DNA from: Enoplolaimus lenunculus
Lineage: Eukaryota
Assembly: GCA_030248215.1 (NCBI GenBank)
Contig: JASANG010000245.1
Location: forward strand, 372,001-428,856
Direction: 5' to 3'
Length of the DNA stretch: 56,856 nucleotides
Shown here: in pieces, positions 13,664 through 26,793 of the stretch
Layout: each line of letters opens with the position of its first letter
Numbering within the stretch: position 1 is the first letter of the stretch
The notes under the pieces: model-generated
Seen by the model: the letters and a program-made list of their open reading frames with translations, nothing else
What the model was told of the DNA's origin: nothing
Database searches by the model: none
Program-made: the position numbers and the translations under genes

Positions 13664-13739
13664 GCAACAGTCAGTTTGAAAACGTTTGTCGAGTGTATAC
13701 ACGCAAAACTAAATCAGCCATAACAACTCGCGTTATAAG

Positions 13740-13861
13740 TATTGCAAAAATGAGTTCCTAAGCCTAAGCCTAAGCTTAAACAAATAAAATGTAATCTAGA
13801 ATCTAAACCTACTCTTATAGATCCATCATAAACCTGGACACTCCTCAAAGTAACATGGGCC
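13740..13861 (-). mobile_element. Partial family H MITE
   Basis: Reverse complement of the left half of 11098-11296, with (CCTAAG)n. Confidence 0.7.
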
Positions 13862-14131
13862 ATGCGGTCTATAGGTATGTTACACTTTAAACGATCACAA
13901 TAGCTTAGTTTTTAGTTGTAAATTGTGATGTTTGAATTGCTATTATGTACGAACACAACTATTTTAATATTTATGGTACGTAACTCATGAAAATTGGCAG
14001 GCTGATTAACAACTTGGTCTGAAAACCCTGATTCGAAATTCGGTTCAGATATCCGAAATATTTGGCTCGCGTTGGCCATTTATGACACTGACAAATGCAG
14101 CTTGTGTTAAGTTTCACTAGAATAATATATA

Positions 14132-14402
14132 CTAGTACACGTAGTTGAACACATGTTCAACTGGACTAAGGTTTTTCTGGCCCTATGCTAAATTGTTGCT
14201 TGCGCCCCTCATAGTAAGTGAACGAAATTATAAAAAAATAGCTTTTTGGAAAACCTGTAGTGCTTTGCAAATATATAACACATCCGAAACGTTAGGTATT
14301 CTTAATGCATACTGTTTTAATTTGCATGCGTAACGTAAACGAAAATCTGTTGGAACACTGCACAAAATACGTATGTGGGGAGTTCTAGCTTTAATATGTA
14401 GA
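14132..14402 (-). mobile_element. Non-autonomous Helitron-like element (271 bp)
   Basis: Minus strand reads A|TCTACATATTAAAGCT...hairpin AGTTGAACA-TG-TGTTCAACT...CTAG|T; no TSD; 5' end repeated near 36165. Confidence 0.7.
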
Positions 14403-14570
14403 TTAGGTAATAAACTAATGCATGTTTACTTGGTTTAGTCATCTTTGTGCTTTTCAGATTGTTTTTGTTTTAGTTTCTAAACCATTCTCATATTGTTGTT
14501 AAACGCCGTGGGCTTTTGAAGGTTTGGGTGCCAGTGTATTGGTTCGGTTTGATGGTCACATTATCACAGT

Positions 14571-14768
14571 GGCCCATGTTACTTTAAAGGGCGGCCAGGT
14601 TTCTGGTGGGTCTATAAAAGAGTAGGTTTAGATTGTAGATTACATTTTTTGCATAGGTTGAGGTTTAGGCTCAGGCTTAGGAACTCATATTTGCAACGCT
14701 TATACTTTTAGGCTTACGTTTAGGAATACGCTTAATCTAGTGTTACGCCCGTAAAATTAACATTGACC
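14571..14768 (+). mobile_element. Merlin-like MITE family H
   Basis: Homologous to 11098-11296; perfect TSD ATCACAGT (14563-14570, 14769-14776). Confidence 0.85.
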
Positions 14769-15284
14769 ATCACAGTTTCAAGGGCATCACAATTGTTAAC
14801 GAAGATGTGTGTTTGCTTTGTTTATGGTGTATGATGTGGCTACTGTGTTGTTTTGTGGGTGTCGAAGGGGTCAGTCACCTTTTGACAAGGGTGTGGCTTG
14901 GAACGTAGCGTTGGTTTACGTTTGTGTTCATAATATCGAGTGCTCTGGTGGCCATTCTGTGGACAAATATTACGGTTTGATGGGGTGCATCTTGTTTTGT
15001 TTGGTTTGATTGCAGTGTTTATATTTGTCGCTGGGTTTTCAAAGTTTTCTGCCGTACAAATTATTGGTTTGTATTGTTTCATTGAAACTGATGGTAAATG
15101 TTGTGTCTTAAAAGAGCGGTGGGTTTAATGGATGATACGAGATTAGAAACTTTGTGATTTGTATAAAAATTTGGCTTTTCTACATTTATCCCAGTCGCCA
15201 TAGGCGTAGGCTATTCATACATGTATCTTGTAGTACCAAAATTACGGTATATTGAGCCATTGTAGCGAACAAGTTTTGCATGAC

Positions 15285-15445
15285 TTGCGCGTAGCTCAGT
15301 GGGTAAGAGCAACGCACCGGTAATCCGTACGTCGCCGGTTCAAGCTCCACCGTATCCGCAGCAATATTTTCCGGAAGGGCTCTGTATGGTACTGCTTAAG
15401 TTAGAATCAGAGTAAGGCTTTTTAACGTAACCGTTTGCCTAAACC
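15285..15445 (+). mobile_element. tRNA-derived SINE (Pol III A/B boxes)
   Basis: A box TAGCTCAGTGG (15292-15302), B box GGTTCAAGCTCC (15337-15348); acceptor stem does not pair, so not a true tRNA; 3' limit approximate. Confidence 0.65.
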
Positions 15446-15449
15446 GCAA

Positions 15450-15610
15450 GCCCCTTAGCCAGCTCGCCTTGCTAGGGGGGCTTAATAATTTTCAGGATGG
15501 GCATTCAGTGGTTTTCAATGAGTTACAAGCATGGGTCAAAACTTTCTGGGGGGGTGGCAAATTTTTTCCCGGGGGGTGGGGCCTCTCTGCCCACCCTGGC
15601 TACGAGTCCG
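15450..15610 (+). mobile_element. hAT-like MITE family L
   Basis: Homologous to 22118-22293 (tagccagctc...aattttcaggatgggcattca...ggctacg). Confidence 0.7.
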
Positions 15611-16260
15611 CAAAGCCGTTACCTAAGCGCCGAAGTCTTAATTTTAAAAGTTGGGAAACGTGTACAAGTATCAAATTGAGTTATATTATAGGGTGGTAAC
15701 TGAAATTTTGATTAAATGTCACTGTTAAGTTTGGCACAAATTTAACGTTCAGGGTCGGATTGAGTAAAGTGATATATATCGAAGTCGATGGTTAGATTGC
15801 TGTCAAATTTACAATAATTCGGTCAAATTGTACGTCTTGTCTGTGACCGCTGTTGTTGCTATGTATATATATGATTTGAAAAGTTAGTTTTTTTTAGTTT
15901 TTGCTGTGGTTAATTTATGAAATTAATCCCAAATCATGGGCCAAGACAAAAAATAATTCATTTAATGTTTTAAAAGCACAAGTGAATACCAGTAAAACTT
16001 AAGACGCAATTTTGCTTTTCCAACTGATAACAGGTTTCATGGCAAGCAAATTTATCATCTTTCCAGCAGAGTGCAACCGGAATTCCGGTTTCGGTATTTT
16101 TTCGCCGTCCGGTTTTGGTAAATTGTAATTCCGGTTGTACGTCTTGCTGTTCAGTCATCGTTGGTGCTATTAATTTTTTGTTATTTTAAGTTCGCTGAAA
16201 CAGTGGTATTGCTGTTGTCTATCCCGTAGCCATTAATCCGGTGAAGATTTGTATATATGG

Positions 16261-16682
16261 CAGGGATCGACAAGGATATTCGGTTCCGGTTTAATATCTG
16301 GCAAAATCCGACCTCTGTATTCAATTCCGGTATCCGGTATAAACCTACCGGATACCGGATATTTGTGGTTGTGGTTCCAAATATCACAAAACTGGTTTTT
16401 TGCACTGTCAAAATACTAGATATATATGTTGAAGCGACTGCAATTCCGGGCCATTCATTAGTGGACACTGACATGGAATGAAAAATGCAAACCAAAAATT
16501 AATCTTAAATTCATAAATACATATTTTTGCACGACTCAAATACTTCCATCAGTGTACAAATTTACATCCTATATATCCGGTTAACATCCGGTTCCGGTGC
16601 AAAATTCACTATCCGGCTCCGGTTCCTGTACAAAATTCACTGTCCGGTTGTGGTATCCAGTAAAATTAATATCCGGTCGATC
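16261..16682. mobile_element. MITE family K (CCGGATA-rich ends)
   Basis: CAGGGATCGAC...CCGGTCGATCC ends; interior similar to 39455-39890, 25150-25510, 45560-46060, 48590-48920. Confidence 0.6.
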
Positions 16683-18037
16683 CGTCGTGGTATGTGGTAA
16701 TTGTTTATGCTTCGTCCCACGGTGACACTGCTGGTGTGTTTTAAGGTGGGTGGTTACTGTTTCAGTTGTGTTTGTTGTAGGCGTTGTGTTTTGCAATTTG
16801 GCTAAACTTTGATGTTTGTTTTGCAAGAAAGCACAATGTTTCTATGAAGATTGTTGTGGCTGATAGAAAAAGCTATCTATGTTTATATATTATATAATAC
16901 TGAAGGTGTAAGCGGAACAAAAGTTACCGGTACCCGTGGCAAATCACAGATATGCATATATTGGGTTTTTCGCTGGTGTTATCGGTTTGTTGGCTCCAAG
17001 CGTTTTGGCCCAGCGTTTGATCGTGTGTTTGGCTGACGGACGGGGGGGGCTGAGTCGGAAGCGAAGTGAAAGCTGTGTGCGCCAGAAAGGTTATTGTGGT
17101 TTTGGGTATGGTTTATTTTGTGGTTTTATATTTTGTAGATATTCATCAATCGGTTCAGTGTATTGTGGTAGCGGGTAGCCAACGGGCTCGCTATCTTGTA
17201 TACTTTTCAACATATTTAATGTTAAAGTTTAGGCTCAGGCTTAAGCTTAGGTAAATGCTTAATCAATGTTTAGGCTTTCGCGTACGGTTAGGTTAGCCTT
17301 GGCTGAAAGCTAAGCTTACGCTTCCGTGGGGAAAGCGTATAAGAGCTGGACAACGTTGTTTCCTGGTTTGTGGTTCCAGTCCATATATGTGACCGGGTTT
17401 GGTTTTTTTGGGTTTGCATTTTCTTGCTCTTGCATTAGGAGGTACCCAGCAGTTCACACCGTACCCGAAAGCCTATGGTTAGTCATCTCATTTCGTTTTA
17501 TGGCCAAACGAATTGGTGTTTAAATTTGATGACTTATATTGGGGGTGTCACTGTTGTGCCTGGTATGTTTGGTTCTGGTTTTGTGTATCTGTGACGAAAA
17601 TATCGAAACTGAAACCGCTACATAAGGCTAAAACACAGGCTTTAAAATGCGATCATAAGTATTGTTTGGTTGAGCTTTGAGCTGTTGCGAATGATTTACG
17701 AAATGGTGATAAAGTTGAAGCTGAATGTGTTTTAAAATTTAAATCTCGAATGAAAAGATAGGTTTTTTGTGGCGGGGGGTTGTTGAAGTTTGGGGTGCAA
17801 TTTTTTATATTTCATATGGGTCGTTTGGTGGCGTATATTCAAAGGGTCGTCTAGTTTAAATGGTTTATGGCAGACGCAGTGGTGAAAATACACTGTGATG
17901 TGGCGTCAGAATATGCGGGCGAACTACGAGGAATGGGTGCAAGTTGAAAATATATACATATTTGTAGAGTTGATTGATATTATTTTACCTCAAAGTGTCA
18001 CTGGTATTGAAATTGAAACTCGAATGAATTCTTAGCA

Positions 18038-18266
18038 TAAAGTCATATTCAGACGGGAACGTTTTTGGTGCGAGTACTTGCAGCTGCAAATTGCACGCAG
18101 ATGTTGTGTTTTTTCATCAGCCAATGAGAAAGCGGCTGCAATAAATTCAGTGAACTTGCGTGGTTATTCACACATGTGAACTAAAATAACTAGCTATGAT
18201 TGTTAATGAATTATTTGCAGCTGCAAATTCTCGCAGTACAAACTTGCACGTGTGAATAGGAGTTTA
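18038..18266. mobile_element. Long-TIR MITE, PIF/Harbinger-like
   Basis: ~55-bp imperfect TIR (tattcasacg...ttgcagctgcaaat) bounded by TAA/TTA. Confidence 0.6.
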
Positions 18267-18900
18267 GTCTGTTTTCCGTTTCTATTAAAATATAGACGTA
18301 CGTTTAGGGATTGCGGGCGTTTTGTTGTTTTATTATTATATACCATGTTTTATCAGATATTGGTGACGGAACAAACATTTTTGTGAATTCATCTTTGGTT
18401 TTTGTTGATAAATATCAGATTTTAGCGCTGTTGCCGTTACCTTTTTGTTAGATCGCATCAGGCTTCAAACGAAGAAACGGATATATTATGTCGGCGGTTG
18501 GGTTACTTTGTCAACTCTGAATCATCTTAAAGACTTATTTTAGACCGAACAATCGATAGGAAAAGCGGTCGCACTGTCATTGTTTGGTTAATGTTGGCCT
18601 GGTTTGTTCAAAGCTGTGTATATTCGAGCTGTGTAACAAAAGTATTACCAAATATACGCTTATGCCAAAACAGCGTGCAACCGGATATGCGGATCCGGTT
18701 TGATGCCCTGGCCGGAAAATAAGCGATATCCGTGTGTGTATGCGGTAACCGGATGCCGGATATTTGAGGTGGTGGTGCGTGTAAGCATGTAAGACATGCT
18801 TGTCCGTTATGTGCACATGCAATGCATTGCGCTGTATGTATGCTAGCTAGCAGCATACGGTCGACGCATATGGTTGACGAAAAATGCAGTTGGAGAGACG

Positions 18901-19048
18901 GGCGGCCTGGCGCAGTGGTAGAGTGTTCGCTTAAGGATCCGTAGGCTGAGAGTTCGATCCGCGTTGTGGAGGCACGCATTTCAAGCTGCACAATGAAAAG
19001 GTCTGATGTCCCGGTTCCTACCTAAACTGTCAATCCCGTATTTCAAAA
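18901..19048 (+). mobile_element. tRNA-derived SINE (second family)
   Basis: A box TGGCGCAGTGG (18908-18918), B box AGTTCGATCC (18951-18960); no full cloverleaf; 3' limit approximate. Confidence 0.65.
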
Positions 19049-19548
19049 TTGCTTTTTAGAATGAATGTATTTCTAAGCTTATTTTAAACGCGTAAATTTT
19101 ACTCTGATCCGGAAAAAAGCGATATCCGGATAGGCGGTAACCGTATGCCGGATCTTTGTGAGGGGGAAGGGTGGGTGCCGTATTTCCTAATGTCTTTTTG
19201 GAATGAAACACAAATTTCACTCTGATCTGAAATCTATATACAGTAGTACGTAATGAAGTTAGTGCAAACGTTGATTGGTAAATTCTTTAAAGCAAACGCT
19301 CATAGTATTTGTCGGAGAACCCATTAACATTATTGGGCCTGATTTTAGTCGCTATCGTTTGCTGGTCAAGTTTATCGAACCAGAAATGAAGGAAAAGAAC
19401 CGTACGAATGCCCGTTGCGCCAAGAACGCACCGGTGTCCAAATGATTTATTCCGGCTGAAAAAGTTTTTAACGCAATTGTAAAGTTGAGTATTTTGTTGT
19501 TGAAGTCGGTGGTTCGGTGGACGTGGTAGTTGGGATTTGTGATATGGA

Positions 19549-19726
19549 CAGTGGCGGATCAAGGATCTCAAAATGGGGGGTCGCGACAAAATTTCACAGG
19601 TAATAAAGTTATTTTTGAGCCACACACAAACCACGAATTATTGTCACAAAATTGCTATATATTTTTGTCGAGAGCTGTTGGGGGGACGGCCACGGCCGGG
19701 GTGGCACCCCCATGGATCCGCCATTG
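19549..19726. mobile_element. hAT-like MITE (CAGTGGCGGATC TIR)
   Basis: TIR CAGTGGCGGATC / GATCCGCCATTG; TSD GATATGGA/GATATGGT (7/8). Confidence 0.85.
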
Positions 19727-20678
19727 GATATGGTGTTTGTGTACGGTTAGAGATTTTATAGACTCAGTTTAGATTTGAGTTGAGATGAATGTGGACTCAG
19801 TTTCTACTCGAGTTGAGGCGAATGTGATGTGAAATGTTTCAGTTCAGCGATGCAGTCATGTAGCGATAGAATAGTGAAATCGGGGTTGTGAGCGTTGCTT
19901 TGTTTGATACGCGGATTGGCGTAAATCGCAGTGCCGTAATGCGGACTTGAAACGGTTAGCGTTTCAACCAGGCCTGCGACTGCTGCTGGGTGGGAATGCG
20001 TGAGTCGTGCGCACGACGTTCCAGCTACGAACAGCTTCGACCGTCTGGTTGAAATGGTTTTTCAACTGTATTCGAATTATTTTGTTAGAAAAGTTTTCGA
20101 TGCTCGCTGCGAAAAACCATCTTGTTCGCCCCATCACCCCACTCAAATTTACTAAGAATTCCTGATTGTAGGACGGGTATGGGTAGAATTTGTATGATTC
20201 TTATTTGGCTGAGTTTCTACCGGTGCCCGTGAAACGAGGGTACAAGCTGTTGACATTTCTAATTATGTTAAAAGTATACTTTGAAGCTATTTCTATGCAT
20301 GTCGTACGGTGTTTCTTTTGGTTGGTGCCTGTGTGCCTGCTACGGGTTAAGGGACGTTCGTCTGGCTGACAGGTAGAAGAAGTTTGGGCTGGCTCTCTGT
20401 AATGTTTGAGTATTGGGTCTGGTGTGACAGTTATCCTGTCAGCTCTGTTTGGCTCGGGTCGCATCTGTTGCAAATGCCAGTTTGTACTAAGTGGAGTGTG
20501 GACGACAATGGATATTTGACGGTCAAATAAGCTGACCTGTTGAATAGGTGGAACGGTTGTTTATTTATATCCGGTTAAATGTAGTCTTGAAACGAAGAAA
20601 TGATTTTGTTTTGGTCGTAGTATGATTTTAGGTTTCAAAATTTTTGTTTTTGGTTAAAGTTGAAAATTTGAAACCTTT

Positions 20679-20841
20679 AATTGAAATGAACCGTTCTGTT
20701 ATAAAATTATAATCGTTTATGATGGTTAAAGTTTAAGTCTTCATATATTGATGTAATGTTGTATATATCCTATCTGTTTATTCATGGAGCACTAAAGTTG
20801 GAATCGGTATCGGCTAAAATTTTGGTACCGGCACAGCCCTA
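20679..20841 (+). mobile_element. 3' fragment of family D MITE
   Basis: Closely matches 4300-4465, ends cggcacagcccta. Confidence 0.8.
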
Positions 20842-21022
20842 GTTTGCACTATACCATCGTCGGCCAATAACTGTTGAACGGTTTGTCATGCAGCCATAAA
20901 AATGGTACCGTTAAACTCAACTCGACGACATCGATAGGATGATACGCCGCCTTTTATTTGATTCCTAGAATGGTCCAGATTTCGTACTATCGTCGTTGAA
21001 ACTCAATTGAATATAGAAACAC

Positions 21023-21116
21023 ACGTGGATGTCTCAAAAGTGACGTGGTTTCTCAAAAGTGACGTTGTTGCTCAAAAGTGACGTGGTTTCTCAAAAGTGA
21101 CGTTGTTTTGCTCAAC
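21023..21116. repeat. 19-bp minisatellite (CTCAAAAGTGACGTKGTTK) x4
   Basis: Direct tandem units starting 21033, 21052 and onward. Confidence 0.9.
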
Positions 21117-22117
21117 GTCTGTTCAATGTCAACATTGCAATAATGTAATTATGTTGACCGATGCATACCTAATGTTGTTACAGGGTACGGTGATTTAACG
21201 TTAATAACTGGTAATGGTTAATATTAACGCAAGTATGGCTTAAGCCAAATAGAGAGTTCTATGCTTATTTTGGTATAATTTGTCAATTAAGTATATATTC
21301 CAGTCAGTGCATGTTTTAGGCCAATTAATAGACTTTGGTACTATTATTGTAGGTACGTACCTAATTTTCTAAGGCTGTACTTTAGCGCTGTGCTGCATTA
21401 GGTTCTAGTGGCTTGTATGTGAACAGCGGGCCACAACCGTAAGCACAACAGGTCAATTTATTGGCACAAATGTTTGCCAGTTTTTCAAGTCAATATTGTT
21501 TATTAACTTAATAGGTTCAGGTTCTGGTCGCTTATTAGCACGAACGCCTGCTGCGGTACGTATGTAATAGGTTTGTTGAGTGAAATGGATGACATTGTTA
21601 GAGTAATGTTGAAAGGTATATCGTACACAGTATGCATCATATGAATTGGTTCAATAGTTTGGACATTAAAAACCGACTGGTGCACTTGTTGCATTTTGAC
21701 ATGAGCTGTTGTTTGGGGTTTTCGGTTGAGTAATCTAAAGTAGCGGCACTTGAAGCGTAAGGAAATTAATTAATTTTATGTCGGAGCCGTAGCCGTTATA
21801 ATTTCTGAGTTGAATACGTACGCGGCAGGGTGCAACCGGAATTACAATTTACCGGAAGCGGAGTTTGAAAAAATTACCGGAAATCGGCACATCCCTAGTA
21901 TACGTCGCTTTTTTGAAACTGTATAATTTTGCACGCTGGCGCTAGTCGGAGTGTGTCTATGTTGATTTTTCCGTCTTAATGAAAAAAAGTTGCGTTTGTG
22001 ATGAATTGGGCGGAATTGATAACATTTTGTCAGCGTAAACATTTTAATCTGGTAATTTTTTGTTATGAACGAAGGTGTTATTATTTGGCCGGGCCCCGCC
22101 TACTTGTCGATTGGATG

Positions 22118-22293
22118 CAGGTCTGTAGCCAGCTCACCTTTCTAGGGGGGCTAAACAATTTTCAGGATGGGCATTCAAGGGTTTGAATGACTTGTAAGCA
22201 AGGTTGATGAAAATTTTCTAGGGGGGGACGGCGCCAAAATTTTTTCAGGGGGGTTGAGCTCCTCCCTTTGGCCCCCGCGTGGCTACGGGCCCG
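22118..22293 (+). mobile_element. hAT-like MITE family L
   Basis: CAGGTCTGTAGCCA / TGGCTACGGGCCCG; perfect TSD ATTGGATG (22110-22117, 22294-22301). Confidence 0.85.
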
Positions 22294-24039
22294 ATTGGAT
22301 GATGAAGAATATGAGTACGGATAGGCATGCCCATTTCAATTTTTGATATTCATAACATTTTGCAATCGCAAAGGCACCGAAACGCCAGCTGTTCCTTCAG
22401 TAAACACCGATCGTTCGTCCGTTCGTCGCCCGATGCATCGTCATCGACCGATAACTTGTAATCCGAAATTTCGTCGAATCAACAATAATGTTGTTCATCA
22501 AGTAAATAATAAAGCCTACCGAAAGGTGGCTCTCAAATCAATTTCTTGGCATAAATTTTAGCGTAGATTTCGAATATAGCAATAATAATTTACGTGGAGA
22601 TTAGGTTCAGTATTATATACGTTTAGGCTTAGGCGACAGTCGTCGGATGACGAATTTGTCGTCGGGTGACGAATTTTCGTTGATTCGGCTGTAGTGGGTT
22701 CACCTACATTTGCCTAAATAACACTGGCCAAAGAGCAATTGTTAGAAACGTCATCAGCGATACTTGTATAGTGCGTCTTGGTTAATTGTCGTTTAGGCAA
22801 TCATCACAATCTGGTCATAAGCTGATAATTGAACCACATCACGATTTGGTAATTGTTTACTTCCCTGCCCGATAGGTTCGTTCCCTTCCCACGCACTAAG
22901 CTTGGGCTTACGAATTAGGTTTAGGCTTAGGCTTAGGCGTAAAGGCAATAATAAGATCCAGCCAGTTATGTTTGGGGTATAAGGAAGTTAACGAAGGTCC
23001 ATGATTTGTTTTGTGAATGCCGTTTAATTAATAACTGAAACGTTCCTTTTCGGTCGTATAAGGTCGGGTTGGATTTATTCAGTGTCGGAGTAGGCAGAGG
23101 TGTAGGCTCCCCACCCCACCCCCCCAAACTCCAGGGTGGGGGCTCTTAAATTTGTGAGCGAGAAGCCAGACGCATTTTTAAACTTTGGCGGGTTTTGGTT
23201 CAACCGGTTAGGGTGAGGGCAGGGGGAACGGATTCGGTCGGTTTTTTTTGTGTTCGTTTTGTTAAATGTTTATTTTGATTTTTTAGTACAATAGGTTAAA
23301 AAAAAAAAAAAAAAAAAGTGAAAAAAAAAAAAAAAAATTTTTTTTCCCTCTATAGGGGTGGGGACCCCGAGGAGGGGTGGCAGTTCCGGCAGTCCTAAAA
23401 CGCATGCGTTTTCTAGTTTTTTGTTATTGTTTTGATGACTGTATTTGCTATGTTTCTGTAGTGCAGTGAATATGATTGCGGTGTATATTGTGATGTTGTC
23501 TGTGCATAGTCTTGTTTTGTGTAAAAGTTGTATGAAAAAAAATGTGTATATTGACTGCGTTTTCAATGGCGACCAAGACACGGCGTTGCCTATTTGTAAC
23601 TGGATTCAAAACCAAGATTCAGGGGGGAGGGGGGCACCGCCCCCTCCCTCCCCGGATAAATTTTGACCCACCAAGGAAATTTTCAATCTTGCTTGTGAGT
23701 CATTGACAACTCTAGGATGGCTGTCCTGAAGGGTCCCCACCCGTAGCAAGGTGAGCTGGCTACGGGTCTGCTCTGGTTGTGTTTGAGTCGGCCGATGTAC
23801 GTTTTGATCAATCGAGTTTTATCACATTTTGTCAAAGGTTCCGTGTCTCTGTCGTAGTCGACTACGTTTTGTTGAGAAATGTGATGATAATGAGAACGAC
23901 GCAATGATAATGCGATTAGTTTGTATTTATCGATACGAATTATGTTTTTTGTTTGGTTTTTTATTAATTAAATAAACTGTCACTGGCTGGCTGATGTATG
24001 GGGGGTCACCAGCATACTATGGGCATCCACCACGGTTGC

Positions 24040-24200
24040 CGGACAGAAGGCCGTCCGGACAAATGGCTGTCGGACAAAAAAACCGTCAGGACAAAAGGCC
24101 GTCCGGACAAAAGGCCGCCTGGACAAAAGGCCGACTGGAGAAAAGGCCGACTGGAGAAAAGGCCGTCCGGAGAAAAGGCCGTCCGGACAAAAGGCCGCAA
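24040..24200 (+). repeat. 16-bp minisatellite (AAAAGGCCGTCCGGAC) ~9 units
   Basis: Tandem array; a related array at 37770-37890 implies a dispersed element. Confidence 0.85.
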
Positions 24201-24236
24201 AAGGTAATTCAGACGCAGCCCAAGTCCGAATTGCGC

Positions 24237-24530
24237 TAGTCTAACGCGGAATACGACTTGGGTTAGTCCAAGGCGGAATCATGTCTGATAAAGCTGTGCG
24301 TTTTCTGATTGTTTACGTTATAGTGGAAAATGAGCTTAGTAGAACAAAGTGTTTGGTTGCCAACACGTACGTAACGATTACTTAGCCAATCAGAAAAGAG
24401 TATTCGCATCAGCTAATCGTATTCGAGTGCGACATTAAGGTAGTAACCAATCATAAGGCGTGCGCTTGTAGCAGAGAAATAAATTGCGTTGCGGGTTGCT
24501 AGCCCAAGTCGTAATTCCGCGCTGGACTAT
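24237..24530. mobile_element. MITE with ~30-bp TIR
   Basis: tagtctaacgcggaatacgacttgggttag versus inverted ctagcccaagtcgtaattccgcgctggacta. Confidence 0.65.
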
Positions 24531-25621
24531 GAGCTTAATTACTGCTTGAGCTACGACGTATAAATTTCATTTAGTAAATATAAGCGTGTAACTACTAATC
24601 GTCTGTATTTTTGGTATACGTATACACTTATTTATGTTATTTCCAAACACAAGTTTCTGCGAAATATTGTGATTTATATAGCTATTAAACAAACAGACGT
24701 TTTTTGAGTTCCAGAGTCGGATGCAGTTTTTTTTGTTACCGGAACAGAATATCCGGTTCCGGTACGCATCTTTTTAATCAGAAGACGCCGGCGCTGCTGA
24801 TAACCTACATCGAATTAAAGCAATCGGTTGTGTCTAGAGCGCATGTGGCAGATGCCAATGGTAATATAAATCATTATGCAATACACACACTCTCGAAACC
24901 GTAGCGTATTTACATGTTGATTGTTATTTTTGGCTTGTTTGTGGGCGGGTATTGTATTACATGTTAATGATAACGTTGTGATATCATCGGTACGTGGTGT
25001 GATTTTGGATGGTACGTATGTTTGGTAATGTTATTTATATTTTTGGTGTGCGTAGCCCCGGTTCCATCGACACCCACTAGACGCTTGTGCGGATTAAAAT
25101 GCCAAGAAGGGTCCGCCTGAAAAGTTTTAAAACGGGTATGCGAGCTGGGTTTGACCGGACATTAATGTACCGGATACCAGGGTGTGGAATAGTGAATTGG
25201 TTATGACAGGAACCGGATATCAGCCGGATATATATTGTTGTAATTTGTGGGGAGTGTGACGTGTTTGAGTTGCACAAAAGTGTATGTTTATTGAATTAAA
25301 AGTAATTGTTAGTTTGAATTTTTCAATTTTACTTTTGTGTATCAAAATTTTAAGTTTTCGAATGTGTAGTTGTAGCAAGATGTTATAGTCGCTCAGTTGA
25401 AAAAAAGCAGATTTGGAAAATTTGGACATCCTGTATCCGGCAGGTTTATACCGGATACGGATAAAGGTTTTTGCCGGATATTTACCCAGATCCAGATATT
25501 TGGTCGCATTCTGTGATGCGAGGATATATTTTATAACTTACAACCGTTTTCCGGAGATGAAACTGGCTGGAAACAGTAGAATTTGTTTAGAAGGGGTTGT
25601 CAGAGTGACCCGGTCATATTG

Positions 25622-25800
25622 CAGGCACGTAGACCCCGCTCATATTGGCAAGGGAAACGGCTAGGGAGGGCTAAAAAATTTTCAAAACGGAGATTCAAGG
25701 GTTTTCAATGACTTACAAGCAATTTGAAAATCTTCTAGGGGGTCAGAAATTTGTCCACGGGAGGGCTGCGCCCCACTGTTCCCCCTTGGCTACGGACCCT
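25622..25800 (+). mobile_element. hAT-like MITE family L
   Basis: CAGGCACGTAG...GGCTACGGACCCT; TSD TCATATTG/CCATATTG (7/8). Confidence 0.75.
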
Positions 25801-26430
25801 CCATATTGTCAGTGTGATCAGTGATGGTGGTGTGGATTGAGTTTTTAGGTTTGGTAAATATTGCAGGTTGTTTTGTGATGTTCTGGTGTTAAAATAACTC
25901 TTATTACAGGTTTAAGTGTTGTAACAATGTTTTTGTGAATAGGGTTGGTTTATCATTAATAGTTGCAGTTATTGCAGGTTTTTGCTCGTTCAACCGGCTG
26001 TTTTTGGATTACGGTTTTCAAGTCTTGCTTGCAGCAATTGCAAAATGTCGTTTTACAATTAGGCTTTGGGGGGGGGGGCGGTTGTTGTGGGTGTATAAGG
26101 GTAAGGGTGACTGTTGACTGTGGAATTTTTAATTTTAGTACACCGGTTTTCACAGTGGTGCCGATTTTTGAGAAGGGAACGACATGATTGGTTGGTTCAT
26201 CGTAATTAATAAAAGTAGGAGAACAATAAAGCCAAGGTATGGGGGTATGAGAAAAGGTTCCAATGCAGTATATTTAACTTGCAAGCTTACATAAAAGGCC
26301 CAAGCAAATGAAATCCTAAGCCTAAGTTGAGTCAAAGTATGAATTTTGGGAGCGTGTGAGTACATAAAAACCAAGGGTAAAGGGGAATATCATTTGTGAA
26401 AATGATGCCTTACATACTATGAACCATTAT

Positions 26431-26793
26431 GGCTGGGTTTCTCAAACCTTACTTAAGTGTCACTTAGTACTTAAGTACGTGCTTAGTAATTACTTAGCCA
26501 TTTTGTCGTTTTTAAAAGCGTACTTAAGTTTAGTAAATACTTAAGTTGCTTATTAAATTTTATACATTACAGATTAAGAGCTCAGGTATACTAACCTGTG
26601 TCTAAGTGACATTGTAGGCTCATGGTACCTCTTTAATATAAAACAAAACTATAGCTTTTTTGGTATGACAGTCTATCACATTTGGCGTTTATCTGTTTTT
26701 GTTCGAAAAGTTAAGTATTTACTTTAGTCAGCGACTTAAGTAATTAAAGTATAGAACAAGTAAATACTTAAGCAAGATTTCATAAACCCAGTT
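26431..26793 (+). mobile_element. MITE family F (GGCTGGGTTTCT TIR, ACTTAAGT-rich)
   Basis: Homologous along its length to 41482-41857. Confidence 0.8.

Noticed and set aside
15285..15360. Functional tRNA genes (also 18901-18975)
   Set aside because: A/B boxes present, but acceptor stems do not pair and no complete cloverleaf; treated as SINE heads
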